From Macrostomum lignano (lineage: Eukaryota), in assembly GCA_002269645.1 (NCBI GenBank), contig NIVC01000728.1:248001-312000 (forward strand): a DNA stretch of 64,000 nucleotides, written 5' to 3'. The position numbers and the translations under genes are program-made. Positions 35,561-49,899 of the stretch are shown here, piece after piece. Each line of letters opens with the position of its first letter. The first letter of the stretch is position 1. The notes under the pieces are model-generated. The model was not told the origin of the DNA. It saw nothing but the letters and a program-made list of their open reading frames with translations, and did not search any database.

Positions 35561-36103
35561 GGTTAAGGGAGTTTGGACAAATAAAGCAGATAAAGTGATG
35601 GATCTGTGTACTGACATTGGCCTCCTGCCCTCAGCAACTCAATTGACTAATTTCAATTCATGCTTGCCAGAGTCAGCAAGAGTCAGTATGGTTGGTAACG
35701 CATAGTAGCGTTATTAAAAAGCCATATGATGAATATTTCTGACTCAGGCTGCACGCCTGCTCCCGCACTTGCGAAATTTATCAGATCCCGGGGACTCAGC
35801 ATCAGTACCATCACCTTCATCGGGCTCCGCTCCCCAGTCTCTCCTGTCCTCATCACTGCCGATCGGGGAAATGCGGGCCTTAATTCCTTTAAAATTGCTG
35901 CTGCCTTAAGCAGCCTTTATTTTTTTTACCATCAATGGCCCTGGAAACTCTCTGACTCATTTTGATTCTGTGTGTTTCTTCGGTTTCCAAAGAAATTCGT
36001 TATTTTTATTGGCAACAGAAAAGCAAAATTTGTTGTCTTGCTTAGTTTTTATTGATGGCGGTTAACAATTATTGAGGATTGGGAACTGGAATTAGGCTAT
36101 TTA

Positions 36104-36400
36104 GTATTAGATCCCCACTCCTTAGATCCCCACTCCTTAGATCCCCACTCCTTAGATCCCCACTCCTTAGATCCCCACTCCTTAGATCCCCACTCCTTAG
36201 ATCCCCACTCCTTAGATCCCCACTCCTTAGATCCCCACTCCTTAGATCCCCACTCCTTAGATCCCCACTCCTTAGATCCCCTCTCCTTAGATACCCTCTC
36301 CTTAGATCCCCTCTCCTTAGATACCCTCTCCTTAGATCCCCTCTCCTTAGATCCCTCTCTATAGGTCCCCTCCCTCTTAGATCCCCTCTCTTTAAATCCT
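36104..36400. repeat. 15-bp minisatellite
   Basis: TTAGATCCCCACTCC, degrading rightwards. Confidence 0.93.
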
Positions 36401-37610
36401 TTCTCCATTGGATCCCTTATAGGTGATCCCCGAACAGACTTAACTGGAGTGGCCAAGAATCTTTGGCATGCGAGAGACACGAAAAACGGCTTCATACTCT
36501 CTATGGAATGAAGCTGAAGGCTCGGGCATCGCCTTGGCCAAATCCACTGCCTCACTCCCAAGCACGGAAGCGAAGCTTCCAGGTGGGCGCGAGACACGTG
36601 AAGAAAAGGATGGGATAAGCGAAGCGCCTTCCCCAAACCCTCCACCATCCATTTTCCTCGGCCTCCCCCTCCAGGGTTTCTAACGTAATTCCAAACTTTT
36701 TGGAGCCTCGCGGAGCCCCCACATCCCGGCCGGCCCTTAAGTTTTCGTCCTATCCCACGCGTGTATGGGGAATTAAAGAGCTTTGAGTTGATGATGAAGA
36801 TGCGGAAGAATCTCGGGACTCCCCCCTTCCCAGCTTCCGGGAATGGAGAGAGAGGGAGCTCCTCAGCTTAACTTAGCTGCATCCGACTCTTACAGCTCAA
36901 AACCCACAGCAAGTTGATGGGCTCTAGCTATTTTCTAATATTAATACATAGTAGTAATAGAATTTATATAGAAGCACACTCGGGTTATAAAAAGGCAGAT
37001 TTAAATATTGCTGTGTAACAGACTACCAGAGCCTGCAATTTTTAGTCAGCAATGAGAGAGGCAAGCGAGAAACAATTTCTGACAACCGCGAAAGCAGAGA
37101 GACAGAGGTCAGAGAGAGAGAGAGAGAGATGATGCTCAAGGGAAGCTGCAAGAAGTCTAACCCAGCCCCAGCCACCAGCACCACTGGTCTTTTGTGTCTG
37201 TCTAGATGAGCGGAACGACAGGGGTGCAGGGGGTTGAGGGGGGGGGGGGGTTGAGCGGCGGGCAGCCATGCGGAAACTGCTGGGATGGGGTGGTGGGTGA
37301 GGCAGAATTGCGGGGGGCTAACATAGGTGCTGCTATAGCCATTTATCTGGCTACAGAGCGCTTTACTGCTGCTCAGTCACCAGCAGGCACAGTCAGCCTC
37401 GTATATAACAAATAATAGACCAACTTGACTCAAACTTAGTTGAGCTGCTAGCATTTCTTAACTTTGTATTTTTTATTCGACAAGACAGAAGGACGGCGGG
37501 GTGCATACCGAGGGGCGGAGAGTGCACCTGTTGAGAGTCTGCTCAAATAAAACACTCGATCTTTCTTCTCTTTGCCGCCAAAGCGCTCCGAACAGTTCTA
37601 TTTTTTTCTT

Positions 37611-37647
<37 letters not shown>

Positions 37648-37859
37648 ACAAAAAAGATGAAGAGAAAAGAATAGAAAATTTAGTTTAGACAAAAAACCTG
37701 CTTGCCTTTTTCTTTCTGCGCGAGAGGGCAGTTCGATATGAAATAAGATGTAAATGCCCTTTGTGACACTGTATTGTACATATGAGTGAAAGAGACTTCT
37801 GGTCACTCCCAGCCGGCATTGTCACTCCCAGCCGGCATTGTCACTCCCGACCGGCCTTG

Positions 37860-38630
37860 TCACTGCCTAACTTTGTCACTCCTAGCTGCCCTGTCACACT
37901 CAGTCTCAGTCACTCCTAACTGTTCTGTCACTCTCAGTCTCAGTCACTCCTAACTATTCTGTCACACTCAGTCTCAGTCACTCCTAACTGTTCTATCACT
38001 CTCAGTCTCAGTCACTCCTAACTATTCTGTCACTCTCAGTCTCAGTCACTCCTAACTATTCTGTCACTCTCAGTCTCAGTCACTCCTAACTGTTCTGTCA
38101 CTCTCAGTCTCAGTCACTCCTAACTGTTCTATCACTCTCAGTCTCAGTCACTCCTAGCTGCTCTGTCACTCTCAGTCTCAGTCACTCCTAGCTGCCCTGT
38201 CACTCTCAGTCTCAGTCACTCCTAACTGTTCTGTCACTCTCAGTCTCAGTCACTCCTTACTGTTCTGTCACTCTCAGTCTCAGTCACTCCTAACTGTTCT
38301 GTCACACTCAGTCTCAGTCCCTCCTAACTGTTCTGTCACTCTCAGTCTCTGTCACTCCTAACTGTTCTATCACTCTCAGTCTCAGTCACTCCTAGCTGTT
38401 CTGTCACTCTCAGTCTCAGTCACTCCTTACTGTTCTGTCACTCTCAGTCTCAGTCACTCCTTACTGTTCTATCATTCTCAGTCTCTGTCACTCCTTACTG
38501 TTCTGTCACTCAGTCTCATTCACTCCTAACTGTTCTGTCACTCTCAGTCTCATTCACTCCTAACTGTTCTGTCACTCTCAGTCTCAGTCACTCCTTACTG
38601 TTCTGTCACTCTCGGTCTCAGTCACTCCTG
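37860..38630. repeat. 34-bp minisatellite
   Basis: CACTCTCAGTCTCAGTCACTCCTAACTGTTCTGT. Confidence 0.93.
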
Positions 38631-40534
38631 ACTTCCTACTGCCGTACCGCTCTTTAATCCTCTGGTCAATGCAGCTTGCCCATTCAGAAACTCCTCTTCC
38701 CATTCCAGTGTATGCCGGAGTCAAAGTAAAATAAATGCAGAACCTGTTTCACCCCGCATCCGCAGCCTTTTCTCCCAAGTTGTTATGCAAATTCAATCAC
38801 ATCTATCAGGCCTATGAGATCTTCAAAATGAGGTCTGTAATATGGGCGTTCTCTCAGTCACTGCGGCCAGTTTGCCTTGGAAGGGCTGATGTCGCTTATA
38901 AAACCGACTCTTCTTATTCAGATCCCGGTGGTCCTTCATCTGATGCTGAGTCTCTCTCTCAGTTGGCTTGGGGGTGGCGATAACGTGCTGCTTCTGAATC
39001 TGCAAGTTTTATCCTAATCCGGTCTGTACTGTCTCCGCGCATTTCTCCTCATCAGGCCCCTCAGCCTGGGTGTCTCAATATCCGGGATTTAATTAAAAAG
39101 CATAGCGCGGTCATATTTTATGCCAATAGGCACGGTTTAGCCAGGGAACGTGAGATGTGGGGAGGGAAGTCTCTACAGAAGAATAAGATTCGATGACAAT
39201 GAACAGTGCTTCATCTCCAGTGTTTTCTCCCAGACCACTTGAAGTTGCGAAGATCTCGAACAACAGGTGACTGCTCTGGCGAGGCGGGGGCCCTTGACAG
39301 TGCTCAGTGTTAGCATAGCCTTGGGGATCTAAAAAATCTATGGTTGAATAGCCGGCACAAGTGGCTCCCCGGGTGCCTAGACAACTCCCAGTGTAAATGC
39401 CATCTAATATATAAAAAATGAGCACAAGTGCTCAGTGCCTAGCCTAACCCTGGTAGCCGATCCGTGCCTAATAAATCATTCCAGCTAGTCGGATGACGTA
39501 ATCACCAGACTTAACGTGCCGCGACCAAGCCAACCAACCAGCCGTAGTTTATTCATCCAGGACTTTGACGCTTCATAGGTAATTATCGCATCCAGGATTC
39601 TTGCGCCATCCGCCAGAGCCTCTTCCCGAATTTCTCTGCAAAATCGCACCTGCCGCCAAAGAAAAATTTCTCGCTCAGCTCCAAGAAAATTAGCTGTGAG
39701 CAGCTGACGTGCTGAGGGAGGGGGCCGTACCGGCAGCTGCGGCGCCGCATGCGCTAATCCGTAGGGTCGGGGGTTGTGCTGAGCCAGACGCAACGTGCCA
39801 AACTTCAGCAGTAGGTTGGACTAATTATTCTCAGATTATAGCACCCACACCGCAAAGGCCCAGGTGCGAGCATGGACCAGTAAAAGTAAAGAAGGACGCT
39901 ACGCTGACGACAAATTTCACTTCTTACTTCGAAATGAATTTCTTCTAAAACTGATTCTAAATTTTTTATGATTTTTTGGCATTTTGCGCGCTCTCGTTGA
40001 CATGGTCCCACAGCCAGTGCTGACGGCAGTTCTGCCCATTACGCTGACTTCTGAGCATTCGGAGTTTGCGTTCGGAATGCTGCTTCGCCCCCCCCCCCCC
40101 ACCACCTTAGCTGGGACATCTGGTCCTCGGCTGGGAGCCGCCTGCCAAGAGGAAACGCTTGCAGCTCCCGGGAAAAATAAAATAAAAACTCAAAAAGAAG
40201 CTCAGAAAGCAGCGCCGACTTTTTCCTGCTCTCCAGAGTAGCGGAGCGGAGTGTTATTCTCCTAGGAGTCTTGTAAGCCGGATGCCAGACAGCCGTAGCC
40301 CGGTAGTCTCTGTACTGCGCCGGGTCTCCCGCTGATGAAAAAGACTGCGCAAGGCAAGGATGATAGATTAAGATCCAGGGGGGGGGGGCAGGGAGAGGCT
40401 GTGGATGCAAAAACCTGGCGCAGCGCTTGTCACAGGAAGCACTTGGAGCAAGCCCGTATCGGCCATCTCTCACTCTTGTGCTGCCGCGCTTCAAACAGGC
40501 CTGGCCTTGTCTGGGTTCCAGCATTGAGACTGTT

Positions 40535-41095
40535 TCTTCTCCTCTCTCTCTTCTCACCTCTCTCCTGCTCTCCCCTCTCTCCTGCTCTCCCCTCTCTCCT
40601 CCTCTCCCCTCTCTCCTTCTCTCCCCTCTCTCCTTCTCTACCCTCTCTCCTTCTCTACCCTCTCTCCTTCTCTACCCTCTCTCCTTCTCTACCCTCTCTC
40701 CTTCTCTACCCTCTCTCCTTCTCTACCCTCTCTCCTTCTCTACCCTCTCTCCTTCTCTACCCTCTCTCCTTCTCTACCCTCTCTCCTCCTCTACCCTCTC
40801 TCCTTCTCTACCCTCTCTCCTTATCTACCCTCTCTCCTTATCTACCCTCTCTCCTTCTCTACCCTCTCTCCTTCTCTACCCTCTCTCCTTCTCTACCCTC
40901 TCTCCTTCTCTACCCTCTCTCCTTCTCTACCCTCTCTCCTCCTCTACCCTCTCTCCTTCTCTACCCTCTCTCCTTATCTACCCTCTCTCCTTATCTACCC
41001 TCTCTCCTTCTCTACCCTCTCTCCTTCTCTACCCTCTCTCCTTCTCTACCCTCTCTCCTTCTCTACCCTCTCTCCTTCTCTACCCTCTCTCCCCT
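40535..41095. repeat. 17-bp polypyrimidine minisatellite
   Basis: CTCTACCCTCTCTCCTT repeated. Confidence 0.93.
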
Positions 41096-42993
41096 TTTCT
41101 CCCCTTTTCTGTCACCTCCTTTTCTGTCTAATTTTGATTAGGACAATTTTTAAGCAGCGACAATTCGAAAAGATCCCGTGAATCTATTTGTTAGCAGATA
41201 ATTTTTCTCATCGAATTTCTACACGCATGCGGTATCCGGGGACTGGAGCAAGCATCGGTAGGCAGAAATCCGATCCGACATTTCAACATTTTATCTGCTA
41301 GATTCGGAACAAAATCCCAAAGTGGATGGCGGTCGATTATTTCCCCATTCCCCTTGCACCTTAGTAGAAGGCACCCGCCACCAACAGGACTCTGCTTTTG
41401 AGCCCGTATATTAAAGAGCTTGCAATACCCGCATCGTTTTGCATGTGGGGTCCGCGCCGCCCCTTTTCCCGGCCTGAACAGCTAGAAATCAGCCCAGCCA
41501 GTCAGTCTGGGTGCGGCTGGCATAATGAGCGAAATGGAATTTACACACGGCCGCCCTTGAGCTTGATGATGGCGGATGATGTCGTAGATTGTTGGAAGAT
41601 TCTGAGAGAGGCTTGAGCAGAGGACAGATATAGGTAAGACTAGCCGGACGACTGGACAATATTGAGCAGGGCTGCGCTTGTGTTGCCTTCTTCGTACCCT
41701 CATCATAATGAGACTAAGATGAGGTGACTCAGACTCAAAGTTCGAATATCGCTAGCTTAGTTGCATTGTTGGAACCTGCTGTGGCAGGCTTAGCATTCTC
41801 ATATAGTCCCTTAGTTAGCATCTCAGGCCTGGCCTCTCTGTAGGCCGTGTGCTAAAGTTTGTTGTTCCTTTTTTGAAAAGTCTATTATTGAATATAACAC
41901 TTACATAGCTAGCACTACAGAACTAGGGAAACCATGTGTTGCTTCTAGTTCTAGTCAAAACACCTGACAAAAAGAAGCAAGACTGTTTGACGCGAAGGTT
42001 AAAACGCCCCCCGTCTTTTAGGGAGGGAAAAGACATTTTTTAAAGGAAAAAGTCAGTCGCCATCACTTTGGAGGCTTGGCTGGCTGGAGTAGAGAAGCTG
42101 GGACTCTACCCGTTTTTGCAGCTCTTCTGCGACTGAGTTCTTATTCCCAGATCCCTACTGCGGTGGGCAGCCTTTTACGCCCATCTGCGCGTAGTGGGCT
42201 GGACCTGGCTAAGTCTCTTGCCTCATAGAAAATGGGATTTGAAACTGGGAAAGCCTAGTTAAAGCCTGATGGCGACTGCAGATGCTTGGAAGCAACTCTT
42301 TTTCTGTCTCTCTCTCTCCCCCACTCTGCTAGCGGGCTGCAGTCCAATGCTGAGGTGGGGGCTGAGGAGAAAGCTGAGCAACAATGGGCCAGCGGACCAA
42401 TGACAAGCTGGGAAGAGTCTCAATGCAGCAAAGAGAGAGAGAGAGAGCAAAATCTCATCGTTAGTAGGCGGAGTGGGGTGGCTGCCGGGCCCGCAGCCCC
42501 TCAGCGGGCCAACCCCCACCCACACCACCCCGGCCTCAGATATATTGCTATTAAGCATATAGTACCGGAGTCCATGGCCCCACCAATCCATTGCAAAAGC
42601 CAAACCGGCAGGACAAAATTCAATACGGTAGCCCTTGACAGAAGCTTCTCTCTCTCTCTTATTGGTCCTTTCTTTGGTTCCGCGCGGTGCAGAGAGACAG
42701 GCAGAAGAAAGACAGGCAAAAGATACAAAAGCAAAGCCTCCCCATTATTTGGCTGGTCGGCGGCAGACGCTTTGTGAACTACTTATTGTGTAGGACAATA
42801 ATCCACCGAGATCCATTCACAGAGGCTTATTATACTGCTCCCCCATCTGTCTCTCTATTGTCAACGTAATAATTGAGTTATTGTTTAAGCCCACCCAATT
42901 CAGAATTGATTCGCGCCCCGGCTCAGCCAGAAGAATAAAGACATCGTCTAGGACAGAAGTAGGAGAAGAGAGGGCAAATAAAAATCTATAAAA

Positions 42994-43014
42994 ATGACGG
43001 CAGAGCTGCACATC

Positions 43015-43058
<44 letters not shown>

Positions 43059-43404
43059 ACAGCAGCAACATCATTTGCTTCGCGATGCTTACTCAGGCCA
43101 GCATCCCGCGTACGGTCGCTACGACATGTACCCGGACTTCTGCTACCATTCGCTGCACCACCAGCAGCAGCAACAGTACCAGCTGCTCCAGCATCAGCAT
43201 TTGCAGCCTCAGCAGCTGCAGCCGGACGATCTTAGACAGCATCATCTTCTTGGCGTTGGCGGCGTTCAGGGCGGCGGCGGCGACGGCGGAGACAATAGCT
43301 TGAGCGGAGACTCGTGCAACGGCGGCGGTGCCGGCGGCGGAGACATGGGCGAGGACATGTCGCCTGCGTCAACTCCCGCGATGGCGTCTAATAACTCTGC
43401 TTCA
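42994..43404 (+). CDS. SoxB1: Probable first coding exon of the SoxB1 gene (polyQ/Gly-rich N-terminus)
   Basis: AAAATG start, 137 codons (MTAELHIQQQ...ASNNSAS), phase-0 donor |GTGAGT at 43405 that matches the phase-0 acceptor at 45393. Linkage to the HMG exon is inferred. Confidence 0.65.
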
Positions 43405-43409
43405 GTGAG

Positions 43410-43930
43410 TGACAGGGGACGTAGGACAGTGGACAGGGGACATAGGACAGTGGACAGAGGACAGTGGACAGAGGACATAGGACAGTGGATAGGGGACATA
43501 GGAAAGTGGACAGGGGACATAGGACAGTGGACAGGGAAAATAGGACAGTGGACAGGGGACATAGGACAGTGGACAGGGGACATAGGACAGGGGACATAGG
43601 ACAGGGGACATAGGACAGGGGACATAGGACAGGGGACATAGGACAGGGGACATAGGACAGGGGACATAGGACAGGAGACATAGGATAATCGAGAGGGGAT
43701 ATAAGACGGCGAACATGAAATAGGGGACAGGGGACATAAGACGGGCATAAGACAGGGGACATAGAACAAGGGAAATAAGACAGGGGACATAAGACATGGG
43801 ACATAAGACAGGGGACATAAGACAGGGGACATAAGAGAGAGGACATAAGACAGGGGACATAAGAGAGAGGACATAAGACAGGGGACATAAGACAGGGGAG
43901 TTAAGACAGGTGAGATAAGACAGGTGACAA
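43410..43930. repeat. 14-bp-based minisatellite at the start of the SoxB intron
   Basis: GACAGGGGACATAG / GACAGTG variants beginning right after the donor. Confidence 0.9.
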
Positions 43931-44789
43931 GTGAGAAGGACTATAGGGCTGGGACAGGTGCTCGCTGGCTTCACTTTAGCCTCTCAACCAGCGAGCCCCC
44001 CGCAGCGCAGTGGCTCCCCTCCGCTTTTGCGTCGTAGTTCTTAATGAAAAAAATTCGCTCCATCTTGTCGTTATTATATTAAAATTCTTGTCGCTCGGGC
44101 GGACCCCTTGGGGAGGGGGGCGGCGGCGGTGGGCGGCGAGTCCCCACATCCTGCATGCCAGCGCCGCGGGGGGTCCCATAGCAATAATTTTGGGTGGGTG
44201 GGGGGAGTTTGGGATCCCGCCTCTGCTCCGCTCTCCATCCCCCCTTCGAGTTGTCAACCCTTAGTGAGCGCCATCAGCCGTAGTGTTCCAGTCTGGCAGC
44301 TTGTCATGCCTAGGTAACTAGGCTACGGCTGCGCCCGTGGCCCATTGTCAGTCTCACCGTGTGCCGTACACTCTCAGCGGGGAATGAGGGAAGCAGAAAA
44401 AGTGATGGGAGTAAAGTAGAGAGACTGGCTGGCTGGCTGGCTTGCTGCAAATGTGTGGGGAAAGTCTCGCACGCAAAAGCACACCTGCGCGCCTCGAGAA
44501 AAAAAGCTGTCATTAGGGGCCCCCGGGGGTGCACTTCTGTCGAAGCAGTACTTGCCTCTCATCCTCTATGCTTTTTTCCCCGCTTTGCCGGGCAGGGGTA
44601 AGAATTTCAAGAGTCTTTTGCTAGTCAATATTCCTCAATTAAAAATGTGCATTTCACTCTGTAGGAGTTTGTGTTCTTGGGTAACTAACAGTTTTTGGAT
44701 TTCGAACCCTCCCAGAAGCTTTTTCAGGGGCAGTTCTGTAAAATATTGGGCAGTTTTTGGTGGTAGGTTGGTATTTTAATCGGTAGTAT

Positions 44790-44895
44790 GGTAGGTAGGT
44801 AAGTAGGTAGGTAGGTAGGTAGGTAGGTAGGTAGGTAGGTAGGTAGGTAGGTAGGTAGGTAGGTAGGTAGGTAGGTAGGTAGGTAGGTAGGTAGA
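44790..44895. repeat. (GGTA)n microsatellite
   Basis: Pure GGTA run. Confidence 0.95.
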
Positions 44896-45393
44896 TCGGT
44901 AGTTTAGTCGGTCGGTGAGTTGATAGAAAAGTAAGTAAGTAGGGGATAAAAAGAACGGTTTAAAAACAGGTCCCTATAAGAATTTAACTCTCTAAGAATC
45001 CCACTCATTCTATACGAGTACTTTTAATGAAAGATTTCTGAATATCACGAAGATAAAATCACCCTATGTACCTCATATAATTCTGCGTTACGTAATTTCC
45101 ACACTTTACGGCAGTCTCCGGCTATCTATTGGGAACCAGTCAGTAATTATCCCTAGACACTGGGCCACAGGTGGCTTCAGACCAACTTTACCGCGCTCAA
45201 AGAGGGCCACCACTTGTTCTGCTGCAAGTTTTGCGTCATTAATGCCCGAAGAGTGGCAGAATATGAACACGCAGGGAGTCTTTCGGGTAGGGGTGGAGTT
45301 GACGCAAAACTCCCTATTCAGGCGCAGATGGGTGAACGCTCTGTAACATTCACTTTCATCCCCCCCCCCCCCCTGCCGCCTGTGCCTTTGCAG

Positions 45394-45849
45394 TGCACCC
45401 CTGTCGGCCACCTGAGCCTGCTGTCTCCGGCAATGACGTCATCGGTGAAGGGCTCCGCCGGAACCGCCGCATCTGGAGGCGACTCGTCTGGCCGAAAGGA
45501 CGACCGCGTCAAGCGCCCAATGAACGCCTTCATGGTGTGGAGCCGGGGTCAGCGCCGGAAGATGGCCCAGGAGAACCCGAAGATGCACAACTCGGAAATC
45601 AGCAAGCGTCTCGGCGCCGAGTGGAAGAGTCTCAGCGAGACTGAGAAGCGCCCGTTCATTGATGAGGCCAAGCGACTGCGCGCCATCCACATGAAGGACC
45701 ACCCGGACTATAAGTACCGGCCGAGGCGCAAGACGAAGACCCTGCTGAAGCGGCAGGATCGCTATACGGCTGCGGCCCCTGGAGCAGCCGTTGCCCAGCC
45801 TCTGCCTAGGGAATTGTACAGCACCCAGCCGTACATGCCTCATCACCAG

Positions 45850-45917
<68 letters not shown>

Positions 45918-46350
45918 GCAGCAACAGCAACCGCAGCAGTACCATCATCACCATCATCACCTGGGCAGCATGGATCCGACTGCGGCCTACCATCATCATC
46001 ACCAGCAGCAGCAGCAGCAGGCAGCCTCCAACATGATGAACATGTCGCACTATGGCAGCTACCTGCCGCACCTGCCAGCCGCCTACGCCGCCTACGCAGC
46101 TCCAGGCATGTCAGGAATGGTTGGCGGCCCCGGCTACATGACAGCCGCCGCCGCCGCGGCCTCCTCCTACATGCTCAAACAGGAGACTGGCAGCGCCGGC
46201 AGTCCAGCAGGCAGCATCGGTGGCGGCGGCGGTGGCAGCCAGTCGCCGACCCCGCTGGTTCAGGCAGGATTCGCCGAGCACCTGTGCATGCAGTACATGC
46301 AGAATGGTCAGAGCAGTCCCGACAATCTGCCCACCATCGGCAGCATATGA
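45394..46350 (+). CDS. SoxB1: SoxB1-type HMG-box transcription factor, HMG exon
   Basis: [78 protein letters not shown] is near-identical to Sox1/2/3, including the group-B KTKT motif. Acceptor CCTTTGCAG|. Confidence 0.93.
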
Positions 46351-48074
46351 GCTGAGACCAGATGGACGCAGACAGACAAGCAGAGAGTGCACAGACCAAT
46401 GAAGAGTTTGGATTTTGTTTGTTATAATTATTACTTGACTTGGCCCCAGTTCCCGCTGTGTTTGCTTTCATCTCCCCGTCTCGTGCTCGTCAGATAACTG
46501 TGCATATTATTAACTAGTTATTATATTATTGCTGTCATTCGCTTATTGTTAATTGGTTTCTGTTGCTTCTCTCGTCTTTTGCTGGCCAACTTTCAGGTGT
46601 TGAGCAGTTGTTGTCTCTGCGCACAGGATCCGCTGGGACCCCACATTCCCTGTCCGAAAAGCATCGTCTTTTTTTCTGCGTTTGCGTTTCCGTCTTCAAT
46701 CGGCCACTTTTTTCGATCTGTCAATCAGCGCATATTTATTCCAAAATCAGTTCTTTTATCAGCTGGTTACTAAGGGAAAATTCAAATTTTAAGCACCTGA
46801 GTGATGGCACCTGCATTTTGACTATCCTGTACCAGCAGCTCCATCAGAGTCCGTTCCAAGCTTAAAACCACTTTTTTTCTATTGTGGCTTCTGAAACAGT
46901 TTAATTCTTTCTGAAACAGAAAGGGTGAATCACTGATCTTGTCTGCGCTTTAACGACAAGATGTTCCTTCCCTTTGTTCGATTGCTTGCGCTTGCTTGTG
47001 AAAGAAGATTTTTAACACACTGGCATAAAATATTTCTATATGCATAAATACACACACACATATCCTACTATGCATACAACTTTATGAACTGAAATCTGTT
47101 GTGCATTGTGAAAATCCAAAACGACAATCCAGAATGATGCAACACTTGTTTTTTGTCTTTTAGAAAATGTCAAATTTCTTAGCATTTTTCATGCTCCTCC
47201 ACCTCTCCCTTCCGCAGTTTCAATTTTTTTTGCATTCTTTATCAGAATTGAAAGCAGCAAACAGAAGATTCGAATCTCTCATTGTGGATTCGCATTGGTC
47301 AGTCCCATGCCAGATTTTGAGTCACGCAGATTTCCAAAACCTGCTTCTTTAGAATTCAATTGAGGAGGCCTCGCGGTCTTTGTGCCAAAGATAATCAGCG
47401 GCGCAGTTTCGGGCGGGGCAGCTCCTTTTCTGCTTCTAAAAGAAGGAATAAAGAAAAATCTCAGCTCTGACTGTCACATTTTTTTCTCAACCCCCCCCCC
47501 CCATCGTTTGGTGGGCCTCGGTCCCCAATCCCCCTGATTGAAATGGCGGATCGCCCGCAGCCATCAGGCTTTGTCACGGGCAATGAAAAAAGGCGGATCA
47601 CTTGTTGCAGATTCTGCTTTTATCTGACTCAACAAAAGGAGGCCATGAGCAGCGCTGCACCACTGCTGCCTCATCTCGCTCACCCCCCCCCCCCCCTGAT
47701 TGCCAGCCAGTGTCTCCGGGGCTCCACTCAAGATTTCATTTAATTGAAATTATTAATTCACCCTGTATTGGCTGCAGAATCTCTGGCTGATTTTTTTTCA
47801 GCAGCTTGAAGCAGCAGATCTGGGGGGATATTTGCCTAAATTTAAGCTGTAAATTTCCTGTGCACTGAGACTCGGATTGTCAATCAATTGAAATATCATC
47901 TATATCGGAGCTCGGCTCTCGGTGTAAGGTCTAATCTAGCTAATTCTAATGATTGACAGACAAAATCAAAATTTGACAATCTGTGAGAACATCTAACCTC
48001 TAAGAGAAGCCTCTGGCAGTTCTCTTCTCCAAAATATCTTCTTGCAATTTCAAAATGAAGGAATTCTATGCATC

Positions 48075-48265
48075 AGATTCTCATGGTTCTCATGATTCTC
48101 ATGGTTCTCAGGATTCTCAGGATTTACAGGATTCTCATGATTCTCAGGATTCTCAGGATTCTCAGGATTCTCAGGATTCTCAGGATTCTCAGGATTCTCA
48201 GGATTCTCATGATTCTCAGGATTCTCAGGATTCTCAGGATTCTCAAGATCTCAGGATTCTCATGA
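48075..48265. repeat. 9-bp tandem repeat
   Basis: GATTCTCA(G/T) repeated. Confidence 0.93.
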
Positions 48266-49899
48266 TTCCAGTATTCAAGCAGTTTAGAGGGCTAATGCGC
48301 AGCTCAACCCGTGTTTCAGTGACACAAGCGTGCATTTCACAGCACGGAAATGGTAAGCATGGTTTCCTACGGAATCCTTTTGGATAGAGAATGCACGAAT
48401 ACGCCTTGCTTACGCATACCGGATTGGAATAACCAGCTCATAGGTAGAGCGTGAATTCATATTCTTATAAAAATACTAACGTATCTGCTAATATAAACAC
48501 ATCTTCAGGTAGAGATTTTACCTGCTTAACCAGGCGCAGATATTGCAGCAACAGTGTATGGATGTGCAGTCTGTGCTGGGCTGTTCCATTAGGGTGTGAA
48601 ATTAAGGCTGCGGCTGTCTACCCCAACACCATCGCAAGGATTTGGGTGCATCAGCCGCCTGCAAGGTCTGCTGGAGACTCAGCGCTCTTCCCTGTCTATA
48701 TATATATCTTATTGAGACGGACAGGTGCCAAAGTAGGGTGTCAAAGTGCCGATTCTCAAATGGTTTCTCATGGTGAATCCTGATTCCTGAAATGGTTTTT
48801 TTAAGAAAATGAGCCTTTTAATTGTTTTAATGAGCCTTTTAAGACTTAATGGGATTGTGGAGGAAGTGAAAAATGCAAATTTAAACCCCTTCATAAGAAC
48901 TACTAACAAACTAAAGTATTTCAGATGTCAAGAGAGTAGTGTATCCCTGGATCCAAAGCCAACATGCTACAGTATTGATACACAGACCCGTGATGTCTGC
49001 GGTAGTGCAGACAGGCGTACAATAAAGCAAGTGCCGTACCAGTGTAACCCTCTATTCTACGTTAGTTAGTCGTAGCTCCGAATCCCAAGACAACAGAAAG
49101 AATGAACGCAGAGCAGCATACTCACCCAATTGGCAACAGGCGCTGGCACACGCGGGCCGTTAAGCCTCAGTATGTCTCTAACGGGACTTGGTTTCTCTTT
49201 ATTCAGTGTTTCAGTGTGCAAATCGCACTAGATTGAGACTTCGCAGTAAGAGCTTTCCGGCTGACGAGGAGAGTGAATCAAAGCACGAAAAAGCGAAACC
49301 CCGCGCCACGGCCCGAGGAAGGGGGGTCCACAAGCCCTCCAACCCACCACCCCACCAAAAGGGGAAAGGAAACACCAGCCCGCCGCCGGCCCAGCCAATC
49401 AGAAATGTAGTAAACAACAAAAAGTACACGCAAGACACAAAATTTGTGACAATAAGGAGAACTGGGAAAGGGGGGTTAAACTACTAACGGCTAAAGATTA
49501 AGCCATACGAAAACTCAGTCTTGTGCATGGCGCATGAAGCGCCACAGCTTGAGCCAAGACGCAAGGGGGGACTAACTAACTGAGTCACCACAACGACTAA
49601 AGGATGGGGTGCCCTGTCCTTGCACTGAAACAAAAGTGCAAGAATACAACACGAGATTAAACTGAGGCAAGGATTATTGCTAATTTACTGGTCTCGCACG
49701 AGTCAATCATAATAGGCATAAAAGCAGGTGCCAAAGTCTATCCACTTCACCTAGACTTGATAGTGTTCGGCTTGTAGCGGAAACAGTCGTTAATAAAAAA
49801 GTAAAGACCTGAAAATTTCTCTAAAAACTGCACAGTATTCCACTCCTACAACAACGCAGTCTCAGTTTCGCTGGACAATGTCCAGTTTCCATGAAAACG

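Noticed and set aside
32999-35617. 872-aa ORF and overlapping ENKENNRESGR ORFs
   Set aside because: Products of the 33-bp tandem repeat; no unique coding flanks or splice support.
45214-45393. N-terminal part of the listed 378-aa Sox ORF
   Set aside because: Non-ATG start, and it runs through a polypyrimidine tract and acceptor; interpreted as intron.
49493-49506. AAAGATTAAGCCAT matches the 5' region of 18S rRNA
   Set aside because: Only 14 nt, and the flanks do not continue the match convincingly; likely chance.
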